Assembly: GCA_964016885.1 (NCBI GenBank)
Contig: OZ024749.1
Location: forward strand, 3,410,001 to 3,474,000
Length of the DNA: 64,000 bases
Direction of reading: 5' to 3'
From: Eledone cirrhosa
Taxonomy: Eukaryota
The notes beneath the pieces are model-generated. The model ran no database searches. It saw nothing but the letters and a program-made list of their open reading frames with translations, and was not told the DNA's origin. Positions within the stretch are counted from its first letter, which is position 1. Each line of letters starts with the position of its first letter. The position numbers and the translations under genes were made by a program. Shown here piece by piece: positions 15,232 to 28,779 of the stretch.

Positions 15232-16031
15232 TGTTCAAATCCCGCCGAGGTTAACTTTGCCTTACATCATTACGGGGTCGATAAAATAAAGACCCAGTCT
15301 TGTACTGGGATAATTGCTGGCCTTGTGCCAAAAGTAGAAGCAATTAATTACGGATTGTCAGTATCGGTAGATATGCTTTGCAACATAGAGTTATGACCCT
15401 TTATGATCTGAGATCAAATCACTTTCCTCCTTACGGGGTCGATAAAATAAAGTACCAGTCACATATGCTGGTCTCATGCCTATATAAGAAACCATTATAT
15501 CGGTAAAGGGTCGGACGCCATGCTTTCCAGCATAGTTCCGTCCCTTTACGATCTGAGTTCAAATCCCGCCGAGGTTGACTTTGCCTTTCATCCTTACGGG
15601 GTCGATAAAATAAAGTACCACTAATGCACTGGGTAATTGCTGGCCTTGTGCCAAAAGTAGAAACAATTATTTACTATAATTCGGGGCGGTGAATTGGCAG
15701 TATCGGTACAGGGTCGGACACTATGCTTTGACGCATAGAGTTACGGCCCTTGCCATTCTGAGTTCAAATCACGCCGAGGTTAACTTTGCCTTTCATCCTT
15801 ACGGGGTCGATACAATAAAGTACCAGTAATGCACTGAGTAATTGCTGGCCTTGTGCCAATAGTAGAAACAATTATTTACTATAATTCAAATCCCGCCGGG
15901 GTTAAATTTGCCTTTCATCCTTACGGGGTCGATAAAATAGTGTACCAGCGATACACTGGAATAATTGCTGGCCTTGTTCCAAAAGTAGAAACAATTCTAC
16001 CAAAAGTCGAAACAATTATTTACTATAATTC
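15232..16031 (+). mobile_element. Tandem cluster of five SINE copies; the one at 15683-15884 is full length
   Basis: Head ggggcggtgaattggcag (A-box-like), B-box-like GAGTTCAAATCCC, core gccgaggttaactttgcctttcatccttacggggtcgataaaataaagtaccag (resembles the Nin/Deu SINE domain), tail ggccttgtgccaaaagtagaaacaatt. Confidence 0.9.
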
Positions 16032-16971
16032 TTTTTAACTCAAGTATACAATTTGAAATTTGAAATAATGGTTAGTACGTGCAATTGATACTAGTACTTC
16101 ATCAGTGAAATATTTTCTCAACCATCAAAGATAGAAAGACAAACTTAATCTCAACAGTATTGAAACATTAAAAAATACCCCTATAAGTGACTCCTCAATT
16201 ACAAGAAACGGATGTTTGCTTGACGATTTTTATATCAGCGAATTAAAATTTTTGTAGATAAAATTGCTAGTGTTTGATATAATCATCTGTGTTGACATGT
16301 TACTTGCTACACCTAAATTTTTTATTTTCCCTTTATTGTGTATTTAATTAATTGTATTTATTCATTTTTTAAATTGTGTTTGGAGTCGCTTTGCTTTTAA
16401 AGGAAATATTTACAGAAAGCAATTTTGCAAACATCTCTATTTGAACAACGCTGCAATCGGCACGCTAACGAAGTTTATTGCAATCTAAAGACCATCCGGC
16501 GTCTGTCAAATTCATGCGAAAACCTTTTAACTCGTGACCTTCTTTTAAACGTTTGCATGACGAGAACATACGTACTGTTTACGAAATAATATTTATTGTT
16601 GTTTAGTAATGTTTGTTTACATGTAAATTTCTTTCATTCTCTTCGTTTTTTTCTCTCATTCTCACTGTCACATCCACAACCACTCCCCCCTCTTTCTCTC
16701 TCTCTGTCTGAAACAATCTCTACACTGAAGCTACCCCCGTCTTTCTGTGATTGTATGTTCTTTTTCTTTTGATTTCACTAGCACTTCGTTTTATTTAGTT
16801 GTACGCTAGAAATCTTTATAAAAATATGTTTTATTTATTGAATATATAAAGATTAAAGGAATTCCCAATAGAAATGTTACTTGACAAATGACAGATATAT
16901 GTATATATATATATATGTGTGTGTGATATGTGTGTGTGTATATATATGTATGTATATGTATTTACATATAC

Positions 16972-17029
<58 letters not shown>

Positions 17030-17056
17030 ATATATTTATATATATATATATGTATA

Positions 17057-17107
<51 letters not shown>

Positions 17108-17369
17108 TTATATATATATTTATATTTAAGTACGTGCATTATATAAATCTATACCAGTGTATATGAGTTCGTGCACTTATGTATGGGTTTATGTGCGTGT
17201 CTCATTTCAGCGGTTGTAGATCTTCCGTTATGCAGCAATTACTATATATTGACTACGTGACGCAAGCAAAACATTGCCAGTGAGAGCACGCAATCACATG
17301 CACACACGGATACACACACGCACACACAGACAGAAACACATATTCACACACACGTGTGCATATATATAT

Positions 17370-17417
<48 letters not shown>

Positions 17418-17419
<2 letters not shown>

Positions 17420-17539
17420 TACCAGATTTACCCGGCGTTGCCCGGGGTTTGAAATTTTGCTAAGAATATACAGCTAGAAGTAAAAGAAGAAAATTATTTT
17501 ACACAGACACACACACATCCTCACTTTTATATATAGATA
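17418..17539 (-). mobile_element. Miniature Helitron-like element (~120 bp)
   Basis: Reverse 3' end acta(c)cagatttacccggcgttgcccggg and reverse 5' end cacacatcctcacttttatatataga, matching the termini of 5946-6685. Confidence 0.65.
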
Positions 17540-18909
17540 TGATATAGTAATAATAATAAATGTGAAGACTAAAATCAAAAGAGGGCTCAATAAGGATAAA
17601 TATATATCAAACATATCAGAACCCTAGGGTAAATATATATATAAACATATATATATATACAAGCATACAGACATACATATATATGTGCATTTTGCCTCCG
17701 TTGTTTTGTTTCGTTGCTACACCCGGAAATGCACCAACTGTTGAACACCTCGAACGGTTGACAGAAATTTACTATGGAACAAATTTTTACCGGATTAATG
17801 AGAGAAACAAAAGCAACAACGACATCTTTGTTTTCATGGCACACCTTTATCTCGATCTAAAGCCTGGAAGGGAGATCTCCAGCCAAGTCCGATCCTGCCT
17901 CATATAGCCACGGACAAGCTGTGAAATACACCCAGCTGCAACTGTCCTGGCCAAAACACACGAAGTACTGTGAATATAATTGATTCTCTATAACTCGCCC
18001 CCACATTTGACATTTATCAAATATTTTCTTCATAATTGTTTTTTTCCTTTTAAATATATTTCTTATTTATTTTCTTTAAAATTTCTTTTTCCCGTTTATC
18101 CTTCCTCCTTCGTACGTTTTCTTATATTTTCCCTTAAATATTCATCATCAATCAATTAATTGTCTCCATCGGTTTGCCTGGGATACCAACTACATGATTA
18201 TTTAATTTTTACATTCGTTACATTAAATACTTTTAATTTTGTTTGTCATTCTTGTTGAGAGGCCAGTATATTATCGCGCCATAAACGGGTATCAGGTACG
18301 AATGCACTGAAATTCTACTGGTCACCAAACTTTGCAATAAATAAATTTGGTTGGATTGAACTCCCACTGACCGAGTAGTGTTGTCGGCTGAGGTGGTGTG
18401 GAACTTGTAGCTAGAGAGAACATATAAGGTTAGTAGTATTCTAGGTGGTAGTTGAGTGGTCTGCCACCCATACCTCTGCGTCTGTGCAGAGCTGTCGGGA
18501 GGTTTTGAAAGTTAGAAGGGAGCCGACATCCAAAGCAAAACCATACATTTTTTTATTCCGCTTCCTTCAACCCTTCCATTGCCTCGGAAATGTTACCTTT
18601 TACTCAATTTTGCGATCTGAAGAAAACACGATATCTATCGTCATGGAAATATGTATAACGGCTCAATTAATAACATACTCTAAAATCTACAGCTTCGCAG
18701 TTCCCTCTTTATAAATTTACTCCGTTTCCTTGTTTTAAAGGAGTAATATGAAATCGAGTGCTTGAATTGAATTGCATCCTTATATACCGTATGTATGTAT
18801 ACATATATATGTGTATATATATATATATATATAAATATATATATGTATAAATATATATATATTTTTAGCCTTGCTTGAGGAGCTTTTTCAAATATTTCAC
18901 TATGTTAAA

Positions 18910-18990
18910 TTGCCTTGTCTGACGAACGAATACGGACGTCTCTTGTATTCATCCTGTTCGGGAAACCTCTGGTAATGAGGTAATCATATT
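18910..18990 (+). ncRNA. Degenerate type I hammerhead motif
   Basis: CTGACGA..gaatac/gtattc..GAAAC-CTC-tggtaat-GAG-GTA. Stem III is good; stem I pairs poorly. Confidence 0.5.
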
Positions 18991-19137
18991 GTATTGTTTA
19001 TTATACATTAAATATTTTGCTCTGTAACTTACATAGAGCACTCTTTATTCCTCTTACCTTTTCCACGGAAACTTCAACACTTATATATATATATCCAGGA
19101 AGCTCCAACCGTTAAGTTTTTTTTCCGGGTATGTCAA

Positions 19138-19235
19138 TAATTTTTTCTACTTTAGGCACAAGGCCAGCAATTACCCAGTGCATTACTGGTACTTTATTTT
19201 ATCGACCCCGTAAGGATGAAAGGCAAAGTCAACCT
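19138..19235 (-). mobile_element. SINE 3' half
   Basis: Matches family core and tail. Confidence 0.85.
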
Positions 19236-19308
19236 TATATATATATATATATAGAGAGAGAGATAGAGAGAGAGATTACACAAGTATCAAAGTTATGTTT
19301 AAAACATT

Positions 19309-19362
19309 TAATCGCTGACAATTGTTTCTTCCAAACTTAAGCTTGGTTTCCTCGGAGCATTA
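19309..19362 (-). ncRNA. Type I minimal hammerhead motif with a CCGAGGA core
   Basis: Reverse complement taatgct-CCGAGGA-aa-ccaagc-ttaa-gtttgg-aa-GAAAC-AATT-GTC-agcgatta; palindromic AAUU loop. Confidence 0.7.
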
Positions 19363-19647
19363 TCTCCAGTTGAATAGGAGGTTAATTATATGTACAAACA
19401 TTAATAATTGTTGCTATTTCAGGCACAAGGACAGTAATTACCCAGTACATTACTTGTACTTTATTTTATCCACGTGGTAAGGCTGAAAGGTAAAGTTAAT
19501 CCGCCGACGTTAACTTTGCCTTTAATCCTTACGGGGTCGATTAAATAAAGTACCAGTAATGTACTGGTTAATTTGTTGGCCTTGTGCCTAACATAGAAAC
19601 AACTATTAATGTTTGTACATATAATTAACCTCCTATTCAACTGGAGA
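19363..19647. repeat. ~285-bp imperfect palindrome of two head-to-head SINE 3' halves plus identical outer flanks
   Basis: The outer ~44 bp (tctccagttgaataggagg...cattaata) are exact inverted copies; the inner SINE arms differ. Confidence 0.85.
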
Positions 19648-21021
19648 ATCATACATATACATATATATTGATGTTGCGGACAATACTTCCATGTTTACAG
19701 GGTGGAATGGATGCGACATATATTATACTAGAATTGTACAATAATTCAAATTAAGATTAAAATTAAAATTAAAAATTGAAATTAAAATTAAAATCAAAGA
19801 GTGGAATACATGCGACAGATAATGCAAGAGAATAGTCCAATAATTAAATTAAAGAGATAGTACATGCGTTAGTCATATATAAAGGAATGGAACAAGCAAA
19901 TGTATTATGCATTGACTACTGTATGGCAAGCTATTACATAAAATACAAGCACTTTAAGCGGGTATGTTAGTGTATTATGGTGGGTGCAATGCGATGATAT
20001 TTTCTGTATAGTTCAAATGTGTATGTGTGTAGAATATGAAAGTTACAGATTTCACATCCATTACATATGTTAAGTTATATTTGTGTTGAATGTTTGTTAT
20101 AGTAATGGATTGTAACTTTGTCTTATTTTATCCATATGTATGGATTAGAGTTGTTCTACTGCGAGAATTTTCAAAGGTTTAATATCCGGAAGTTGATATT
20201 GAATTAAGGGGAGCTAATGCGTAAGGGGAGGTAACTAGCTCATTATAATAATTAAATTCCTTGCTCTAATAGACATTATATAGTGCCTTAATTGAATCCC
20301 TTATATAAACAAAGTTATGTATTTATATTCAATTTAAAATACAGTCTATTCTCTCATAATATATTAAGGGTTTCATTAGATTGTTGTCTACCCAATATTA
20401 TATAGTGCCACAATTGAATCCCTTATACAAAATGTCATATATTTATATTTAATTTCAAATATAGTCTACTCTCTCATAATATATTAAAGGTTTCATTCGA
20501 TTGTTGTCTACCCAATATTTGGGTAGATATGGAATAACGTATAGCTGTTTGCATGATAAATTAGATACATCCCTTGAGTAAATAAATAAATCCTTTATAT
20601 ACAATGTTATTAATGTATACATTTAATTATAAATGTATATATAATTGATTGTTCCATATTACATTTAAGTAGATAAATCCCTTATGTTAATAAATTAATC
20701 CTTTGTATACAATGTTATTAATTTATACAATTAATTATAAATGTATATATAATTCATTGTTACAGTAATATTTAAAGTTTATATATTATATTATATTTCG
20801 ATCACTATATAATTATAAATAATCTAAAGTAATTATATTAAAAGGTTGTGACTATAAGAATATTTCTAGAGTATAATGTTAGAGATAAAAATGGTTTGTG
20901 TAGAGGAAAGTGTGGATCAAAGAGTGTGAAGCTGCGGTGGAAGGCAAGTCTTAGAGGTGAAGTACTAATGTTGGTGATGAGTTCAGATCTGACATTGTAT
21001 ACTAGGTTTAAAGCTATGGAA

Positions 21022-22029
21022 TCAGTGTCGGAAGCAGTGCTGGTACGTTGCAAACACTGCTGATTTTTTATTTAGGAGGTTAAGATTCGAAAAGATTATA
21101 GTATGTGACTCTAGGAGACAGAGGTTACAACATCTATTAGGTGGTTTATACGATGCAGCCCTACCTACTACTTCCCATTGAAGTGTATATGTTCTATTCC
21201 TAGTTTTCAGATAGTGTATGTAGTTAGATAGTGAAGTGGAGTTGGCTAGATTGTGTTTTTTTAAAGAGTGGAGGCGAGAGTTGTATCTCGTCTTGAAGCA
21301 TTTCGAAGTAGAGCCTATATATTTTTTAGAAGAGCCGTTAGTGTTGACCGTGCAGGAGTAAATGATCTCTTTGATTAAGCAGTTGTTACCTAAAGGGTAA
21401 GTTCTATTTGATCTACAGTTGCATTTATTTTGGATGTTATCTTGCCGGTTATTATGTTGTGTAGAAGTCTGGGTGCTAGGGTTAGTATTTGGGCTATGAT
21501 GGTTGTCGTTCCTAATGTTATTGATTTCATTAGTGTTATTACTATTGCTACTAGGGTTTGTAGATATTATGTTGTTCTGAAAGTTTACCTCCTGCTGTGT
21601 TTTAATTTGTTGAAAATAAGTATTAATCTTTCTTATATTACTACTAGCTATATGGTATGCTATGTTAGATGTGGTAGAGTAAGAGATTTTAATGGTGTTT
21701 TTATTTATAAAATTATGGTATTTGTGGCCGGATGGGAAGTTTGTTTCTAGGATTGAGAAGAAAACCTTAGGTAAGTTGGTAGAGACGTTTAGATTGAAAA
21801 GTGGATTGAAAAATGTATTAGTTCTTCTATTTTTGTTTCTTATAATATCTATTGTGGTATTTATGTTTATAATATTATGTTGGTGTATACTTTGGTGCGA
21901 GTTAAGTTTGATACTACCCTTCGTATCAGAGTAAGGGTGGCTATTATTCATCTTATTATTTTTCCTCATGGCCATATTGTGAGAAATAATGTTGTAAGAG
22001 GACTCCAAGCTTAAGTTTGGAAGAAACAA
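21022..22029 (-). pseudogene. PLE ORF C-terminal part: linker and GIY-YIG endonuclease
   Basis: FFNPLFN..NFPSGHKYH..NKNTIKISYS; CNCRSNRTYPLGNNC; IIY..KYIGST..FKTRY; CCNLCLLE; LLNKKS. RT is absent. Confidence 0.85.
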
Positions 22030-22255
22030 TTGTCAGCGATTAAATGTTTTAAACATAACTTTGATACTTGTGTAATCTATATTACTGCTCAGTAAAACAA
22101 CTGCTGTTCTTACATAGAGCTATTTCTCTTACTGGTAATAAGGTAGTAATAAATTAATCACATTCCGTTTATAGTTGTTTATAGTTTAGTATATACATAA
22201 TTATAAATAATATCTTTAATATTATATATATATAAATATATATATATACATATAT

Positions 22256-22324
<69 letters not shown>

Positions 22325-22352
22325 TATGTATATATGCATATATATATATATA

Positions 22353-22420
22353 TGAACGAGTAGGACCCCGACGGCTGAGCTCAAGCCGTTTCGACGGCTA
22401 ATTCTGGACGAATTCTGGAT
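22353..22420 (-). mobile_element. PLE-end fragment of the GAGCTC-loop family (hammerhead 3' half)
   Basis: Identical to about 43274-43329. Confidence 0.75.
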
Positions 22421-22892
22421 ATATATATAGACATATATATGTGTGTGAACCTGATATTAGCTCTACGCAACGTTACAACAATGATAACAGATGAAATTAT
22501 GTTAACGGGGGATTCCCCGTAAATTGTGTCTCTAGATTAAAGAAATTGTTGTGAGTTTTAAATATATTAATCACTTAACAAGTACAAACTATTTAGTATC
22601 AGTGTGGCACTTAAGAAGTCTAGTTTTCTTAGGTGAGGCACATGGTCAGGGCATATAAATATACACATAGATACATACACACACACATACAGATATGTAT
22701 AGATTGATAATACATATGCATATATAATGTATGTATGAATGTATATATATGCATATGTATATATGTATACATATTTATAAATCTATGCACACACACACAT
22801 ATATATATGAAATATATAAGCATACATACATGCACATACATGTATATATATATTTACATATATATATATATACATATACATATATATATATT

Positions 22893-22925
<33 letters not shown>

Positions 22926-23399
22926 TTATGAATGTATGAATAAGTATATATATGTATACATATACATATGTGTGTGTACGTATATATATGTATACATACA
23001 TATATATATATATAAATATACATATATATATAAATATACTTATATATATATACACACACGCGCACATCTCTCTCTATATATATACATGTATACATACATA
23101 GTAGTCTGTTATGGTAACGATAACACCTCTAACAATCAGCTCCATATCCGATCAGAAATGACAAGACAGTACATATAATGTACTATTAATTTCAGACAAG
23201 ATTAATTTGATCAAATTCTTCATCTGATAATGGCAATACCTTAACGGATATACGCATTACTGATTTCATTGATTCCTCCGACATCTAAGAAAATCTGGGT
23301 CGTATCGTTTCATATATTTTCTACGACTCTCCCAGTTCCTTCATTTTTATGAGTTTTTCATATTATTTTGTTTTGATCTTTTGTCTTCTCATTTTCTTA

Positions 23400-23847
23400 A
23401 TGATGTCGTCGTTGATGCTGTCTTTGTTGTTGTTGTCGTTGTTGTTGTTGTCGTTTAGAATAACGTTCCTACTTTTTTTTTCGCTCTTTATTCGCTTTCT
23501 TGACTTTCATCATCATCATCATCATCACCACAACCGACACAATCATCATCATCATCATCATCATCAACTTTCTTCATATATTTCTCATTTTTGTATATCT
23601 TTGTTGTTTTCATCGCTTCATTGTACTACACACGTCTTTTTCTACTTCTCCTCCTTCTTCTTCTTCTTCTTCTACTTACTACTACTACTACTGATGTTGC
23701 TGCTGGTACTGCTACCACAACGCGACCACCACCACCACCACCACCACCACCACCACCACAACCACCACCACCACCACAACCAATGCGACTACTACTACTA
23801 GCACTACCACTACTACTACTACTACCACTACTACTACTAATTTGTCT

Positions 23848-23885
<38 letters not shown>

Positions 23886-23910
23886 CACTACCACTACTAA
23901 TTTGTCTTCC
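23400..23910. repeat. Compound trinucleotide microsatellites (TTG, CAT, TTC, CTA, CCA)
   Basis: Seen directly. Confidence 0.9.
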
Positions 23911-24227
23911 TCTCTTCGACCCCTCCCTGATATCTATCATAAACATCTTGGCTAAAATATCACAAGATTGTTGTTCGTGATTATCTGCCAATAAATTGTG
24001 TTGTTAAGGATTATGTGAATGATTAAAAGGTTTTGACTTAAATGGATTAGTCAACCGTATCTATTTAATCGATCGTTTGACAATCGATCTGGTCACCGTA
24101 GCGTATAAGTAGGACTTAATATGATAATCGTAGTTTGCGAGACGTTTGGTGGTACATCATCAAATAACAATAAATATGGGGAGAAACAGTTACACACAAA
24201 CACACGGACCGTCCCTCTCTCCCTTAT

Positions 24228-24291
24228 TCTCTCTCTCTCTCTCTCTCTCCATGTACGTATTTATATATATGTGCGAGTGTGTGTGTGTGTA

Positions 24292-24372
<81 letters not shown>

Positions 24373-24470
24373 GGAGTGTATACACACATACAAGCACTCA
24401 CACACACACACACACACACTCACACATACATACACATACACACACACACACATATATATACATATATATG

Positions 24471-24526
<56 letters not shown>
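24228..24526. repeat. Compound (CT)n/(GT)n/(CA)n/(GA)n microsatellite, quasi-palindromic
   Basis: Seen directly. Confidence 0.9.
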
Positions 24527-24527
<1 letters not shown>

Positions 24528-24949
24528 GAGTACGCGTTTGTACATTACAATGCATAATCAGTTATAATGAGAAGTCCTAGATTGTTGTAACGTACCTAAT
24601 TAAATGTTATAACGGGTGGAATTCGTGAAGAAAGTATAGGAAATAAGATTAAATTGGGAGTATGACAAAATATTCCAACTTTTATAGAGTAATTGGAATT
24701 ATAATAAAATAATGAGTAAACCTAGCACGAAATCATACAGAGATATCATTAAGGTCTTCCCGCCGCCCCTTTACTATTTATTTATCTATACAAGTGTTGC
24801 AGACCTGACAACCTCTAAAAATGCAAACCATGACAAAAGGTGACCCAAAATGTGGAGGAATGAGGCAATATGAGTGAGATTTTGCCTAAATAAAGCTCTA
24901 CCTGTTTTTCCAAAGCCTAAAAGACGAGGAAAAAATGAACCAAAATTGG

Positions 24950-27900
24950 GACATCTCTCCGTTGGACTGAGATAGTTGACAGGTATGGTGTTGTACTAAT
25001 GACGGATCTCCCAGGTCTGACGGAGATAGTTGACAGGTCTGGTGTTGTACTCATGACGGATCTCCCCGGTCTGACGGAGATAGTTGACAGGTCTGGTGTT
25101 GTACTCATGACGGATCTCCCCGGTCTGACGGAGATAGTTGACAGGTCTGGTGTTGTACTCATGACGGATCTCCCCGGTCTGACGGAGATAGTTGACAGGT
25201 CTGGTGTTGTACTCATGACGGATCTCCCCGATTGACGGAGATAGTTGACAGGTCTGGTGTTGTACTCATGACGGATCTCCCCGGTCTGACGGAGATAGTT
25301 GACAGGTCTGGTGTTGTACTCATGACGGATCTCCCCGATTGACGGAGATAGTTGACAGGTCTGGTGTTGTACTCATGACGGATCTCCCCGATTGACGGAG
25401 ATAGTTGACAGGTCTGGTGTTGTACTCATGACGGATCTCCCCGGTCTGACGGATATAGTTGACAGGTCTGGTGTTGTACTCATGATGGATCTCCCCGGTC
25501 TGACGGAGATAGTTGACAGGTCTGGTGTTGTACTCATGACACATCTCTCCGATTGACGGAGATAGTTGACAGGTCTGGTGTTGTACTCATGACGCATCTC
25601 CCCGGTCTGACGGAGATAGTTGACAGGTCTGGTGTGGTTCTCATGACACATCTCTCCGATTGACGGAGATAGTTGACAGGTCTGGTGTTGTACTCATGAC
25701 ACATCTCTCCGATTGACGGAGAGGGTTGACAGGTCTGGTGTTGTACTCATGACACATCTCTCCGATTGACGGAGATAGTTGACAGGTCTGGTGTTGTACT
25801 CATGACGCATCTCCCCGGTCTGACGGAGATAGTTGACAGGTCTGGTGTGGTTCTCATGACACATCTCTCCGGTCTGACGGAGATAGTTGACAGGTCTGGT
25901 GTTGTACTCATGACACATCTCTCCGGTCTGACGGGGAGGGTTGACAGGTCTGGTGTTGTACTCATGACACATCTCTCCGATTGACGGAGAGGGTTGACAG
26001 GTCTGGTGTTGTTCTCATGACACATCTCTCCGATTGACGGAGAGGGTTGACAGGTCTGGTGTTGTACTCATGACACATCTCTCCGATTGACGGAGAGGGT
26101 TGACAGGTCTGGTGTTGTACTCATGACACATCTCTCCGATTGACGGAGATAGTTGACAGGTCTGGTGTGGTTCTCATGACACATCTCTCCGATTGACGGA
26201 GATAGTTGACAGGTCTGTTGTTGTACTCATGACACATCTCTCCGATTGACGGAGATAGTTGACAGGTCTGGTGTGGTTCTCATGACACATCTCTCCGGTC
26301 TGACGGGGAGGGTTGACAGGTCTGTTGTTGTACTCATGACACATCTCTCCGATTGACGGAGAGGGTTGACAGGTCTGGTGTTGTTCTCATGACACATCTC
26401 TCCGATTGACGGAGAGGGTTGACAGGTCTGGTGTTGTACTCATGACACATCTCTCCGATTGACGGAGATAGTTGACAGGTCTGGTGTTGTACTCATGACG
26501 CATCTCTCCGATTGACGGAGATAGTTGACAGGTCTGGTGTTGTACTCATGACACATCTCTCCGATTGACGGAGATAGTTGACAGGTCTGGTGTTGTACTC
26601 ATGACACATCTCTCCGATTGACGGAGATAGTTGACAGGTCTGGTGTTGTTCTCATGACGGATCTCCCCGATTGACGGAGATAGTTGACAGGTCTGGTGTT
26701 GTACTCATGACACATCTCTCCGATTGACGGAGATAGTTGACAGGTCTGGTGTTGTACTCATGACACATCTCTCCGATTGACGGAGATAGTTGACAGGTCT
26801 GGTGTTGTTCTCATGACGGATCTCCCCGATTGACGGAGATAGTTGACAGGTCTGGTGTTGTACTCATGACACATCTCTCCGATTGACGGAGATAGTTGAC
26901 AGGTCTGGTGTTGTACTCATGACACATCTCTCCGATTGACGGAGATAGTTGACAGGTCTGGTGTTGTTCTCATGACGGATCTCCCCGATTGACGGAGATA
27001 GTTGACAGGTCTGGTGTTGTACTCATGACACATCTCTCCGATTGACGGAGATAGTTGACAGGTCTGGTGTTGTACTCATGACACATCTCTCCAATTGACG
27101 GAGATAGTTGACAGGTCTGGTGTTGTACTCATGACACATCTCTCCGTTGGACTGAGATAGTTGACAGGTCTGGTGTTGTACTCATGACGGATCTCCCCGG
27201 TCTGACGGAGATAGTTGACAGGTATGGTGTTGTACTCATGACACATCTCCCCGATTGACGGAGATAGTTGACAGGTCTGGTGTTGTACTCATGACGCATC
27301 TCCCCGGTCTGACGGAGATAGTTGACAGGTATGGTGTTGTACTCATGACACATCTCTCCGATTGACGGAGATAGTTGACAGGTCTGGTGTTGTTCTCATG
27401 ACACATCTCCCCGATTGACGGAGATAGTTGACAGGTCTGGTGTTGTTCTCATGACACATCTCTCGTCTGACGGGGAGGGTTGACAGGTCTGGTGTTGTTC
27501 TCATGACACATCTCTCCGATTGACGGAGAGGGTTGACAGGTCTGGTGTTGTTCTCATGACACATCTCTCAGTCTGACGGGGAGGGTTGACAGGTCTGGTG
27601 TTGTTCTCATGACACATCTCTCAGTCTGACGGGGAGGGTTGACAGGTCTGGTGTTGTTCTCATGACACATCTCTCCGATTGACGGAGAGGGTTGACAGGT
27701 CTGGTGTTGTTCTCATGACACATCTCTCAGTCTGACGGGGAGGGTTGACAGGTCTGGTGTTGTTCTCATGACACATCTCTCCGATTGACGGAGAGGGTTG
27801 ACAGGTCTGGTGTTGTTCTCATGACACATCTCTCAGTCTGACGGGGTGGGTTGACAGGTCTGGTGTTGTTCTCATGACACATCTATCAGTCTGACGGGGA

Positions 27901-28779
27901 GGGTTGACAGGTCTGGTGTTGTTCTCATGACACATCTCTCCGATTGACGGAGAGGGTTGACAGGTCTGGTGTTGTTCTCATGACACATCTCTCCGACTGA
28001 CGGAGAGGGTTGACAGGTCTGGTGTTGTTCTCATGACACATCTATCAGTCTGACGGAGAGGGTTGACAGGTCTGGTGTTGTTCTCATGACACATCTATCA
28101 GTCTGACGGAGAGGGTTGACAGGTCTGGTGTTGTTCTCATGACACATCTCTCCGACTGACGGAGAGGGTTGACAGGTCTGGTGTTGTTCTCATGACACAT
28201 CTATCAGTCTGACGGGGAGGGTTGACAGGTCTGGTGTTGTTCTCATGACACATCTCTCAGTCTGACGGGGAGGGTTGACAGGTCTGGTGTTGTTCTCATG
28301 ACACATCTATCAGTCTGACGGGGAGGGTTGACAGGTCTGGTGTTGTTCTCATGACACATCTCTCCGACTGACGGAGAGGGTTGACAGGTCTGGTGTTGTT
28401 CTCATGACACATCTATCAGTCTGACGGAGAGGGTTGACAGGTCTGGTGTTGTTCTCATGACACATCTCTCCGACTGACGGAGAGGGTTGACAGGTCTGGT
28501 GTTGTTCTCATGACACATCTATCAGTCTGACGGGGAGGGTTGACAGGTCTGGTGTTGTTCTCATGACACATCTCTCAGTCTGACGGGGAGGGTTGACAGG
28601 TCTGGTGTTGTTCTCATGACACATCTATCAGTCTGACGGGGAGGGTTGACAGGTCTGGTGTTGTTCTCATGACACATCTCTCCGTCTGACGGAGAGGGTT
28701 GACAGGTCTGGTGTTGTTCTCATGACACATCTCTCCGATTGACGGAGAGGGTTGACAGGTCTGGTGTTGTTCTCATGAC
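24950..28779. repeat. 53/54-bp tandem satellite, about 72 units
   Basis: Consensus acatctctccgattgacggaga(ta/gg)gttgacaggtctggtgttgt(a/t)ctcatgac. Confidence 0.97.

Larger units (their letters stand above)
19274..22077 (-). mobile_element. 5'-truncated Penelope-like element (Hydra-like, C-terminal GIY-YIG) with an inverted pLTR piece at its 5' end
   Basis: ORF at 21022-22029; hammerhead at 19309-19362; 19274-19346 is the reverse complement of about 22004-22077; AT-rich 3' UTR with 120-bp tandem duplications (20275-20520). The internal boundaries are uncertain. Confidence 0.75.

Noticed and set aside
15683-15780. tRNA gene
   Set aside because: The A/B-box-like motifs belong to a multicopy SINE head and no complete cloverleaf is evident.
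17683-18714. Short ORFs that might be exons or PLE remnants
   Set aside because: No recognisable motif or consistent splice structure.
23349-23991. Poly-His/Pro/Leu/Ser ORFs
   Set aside because: Trinucleotide microsatellites open in several frames on both strands, with no domain or splice support.
24950-28779. CRISPR array, or a repetitive protein (MTDLPGLTEIVDRSGVVL)n
   Set aside because: The variable segments are variants of one sequence rather than unique spacers, there are no cas genes, and the context is eukaryotic. Most units are 53 bp, which breaks the frame and introduces stops. No hammerhead core was found in the unit.
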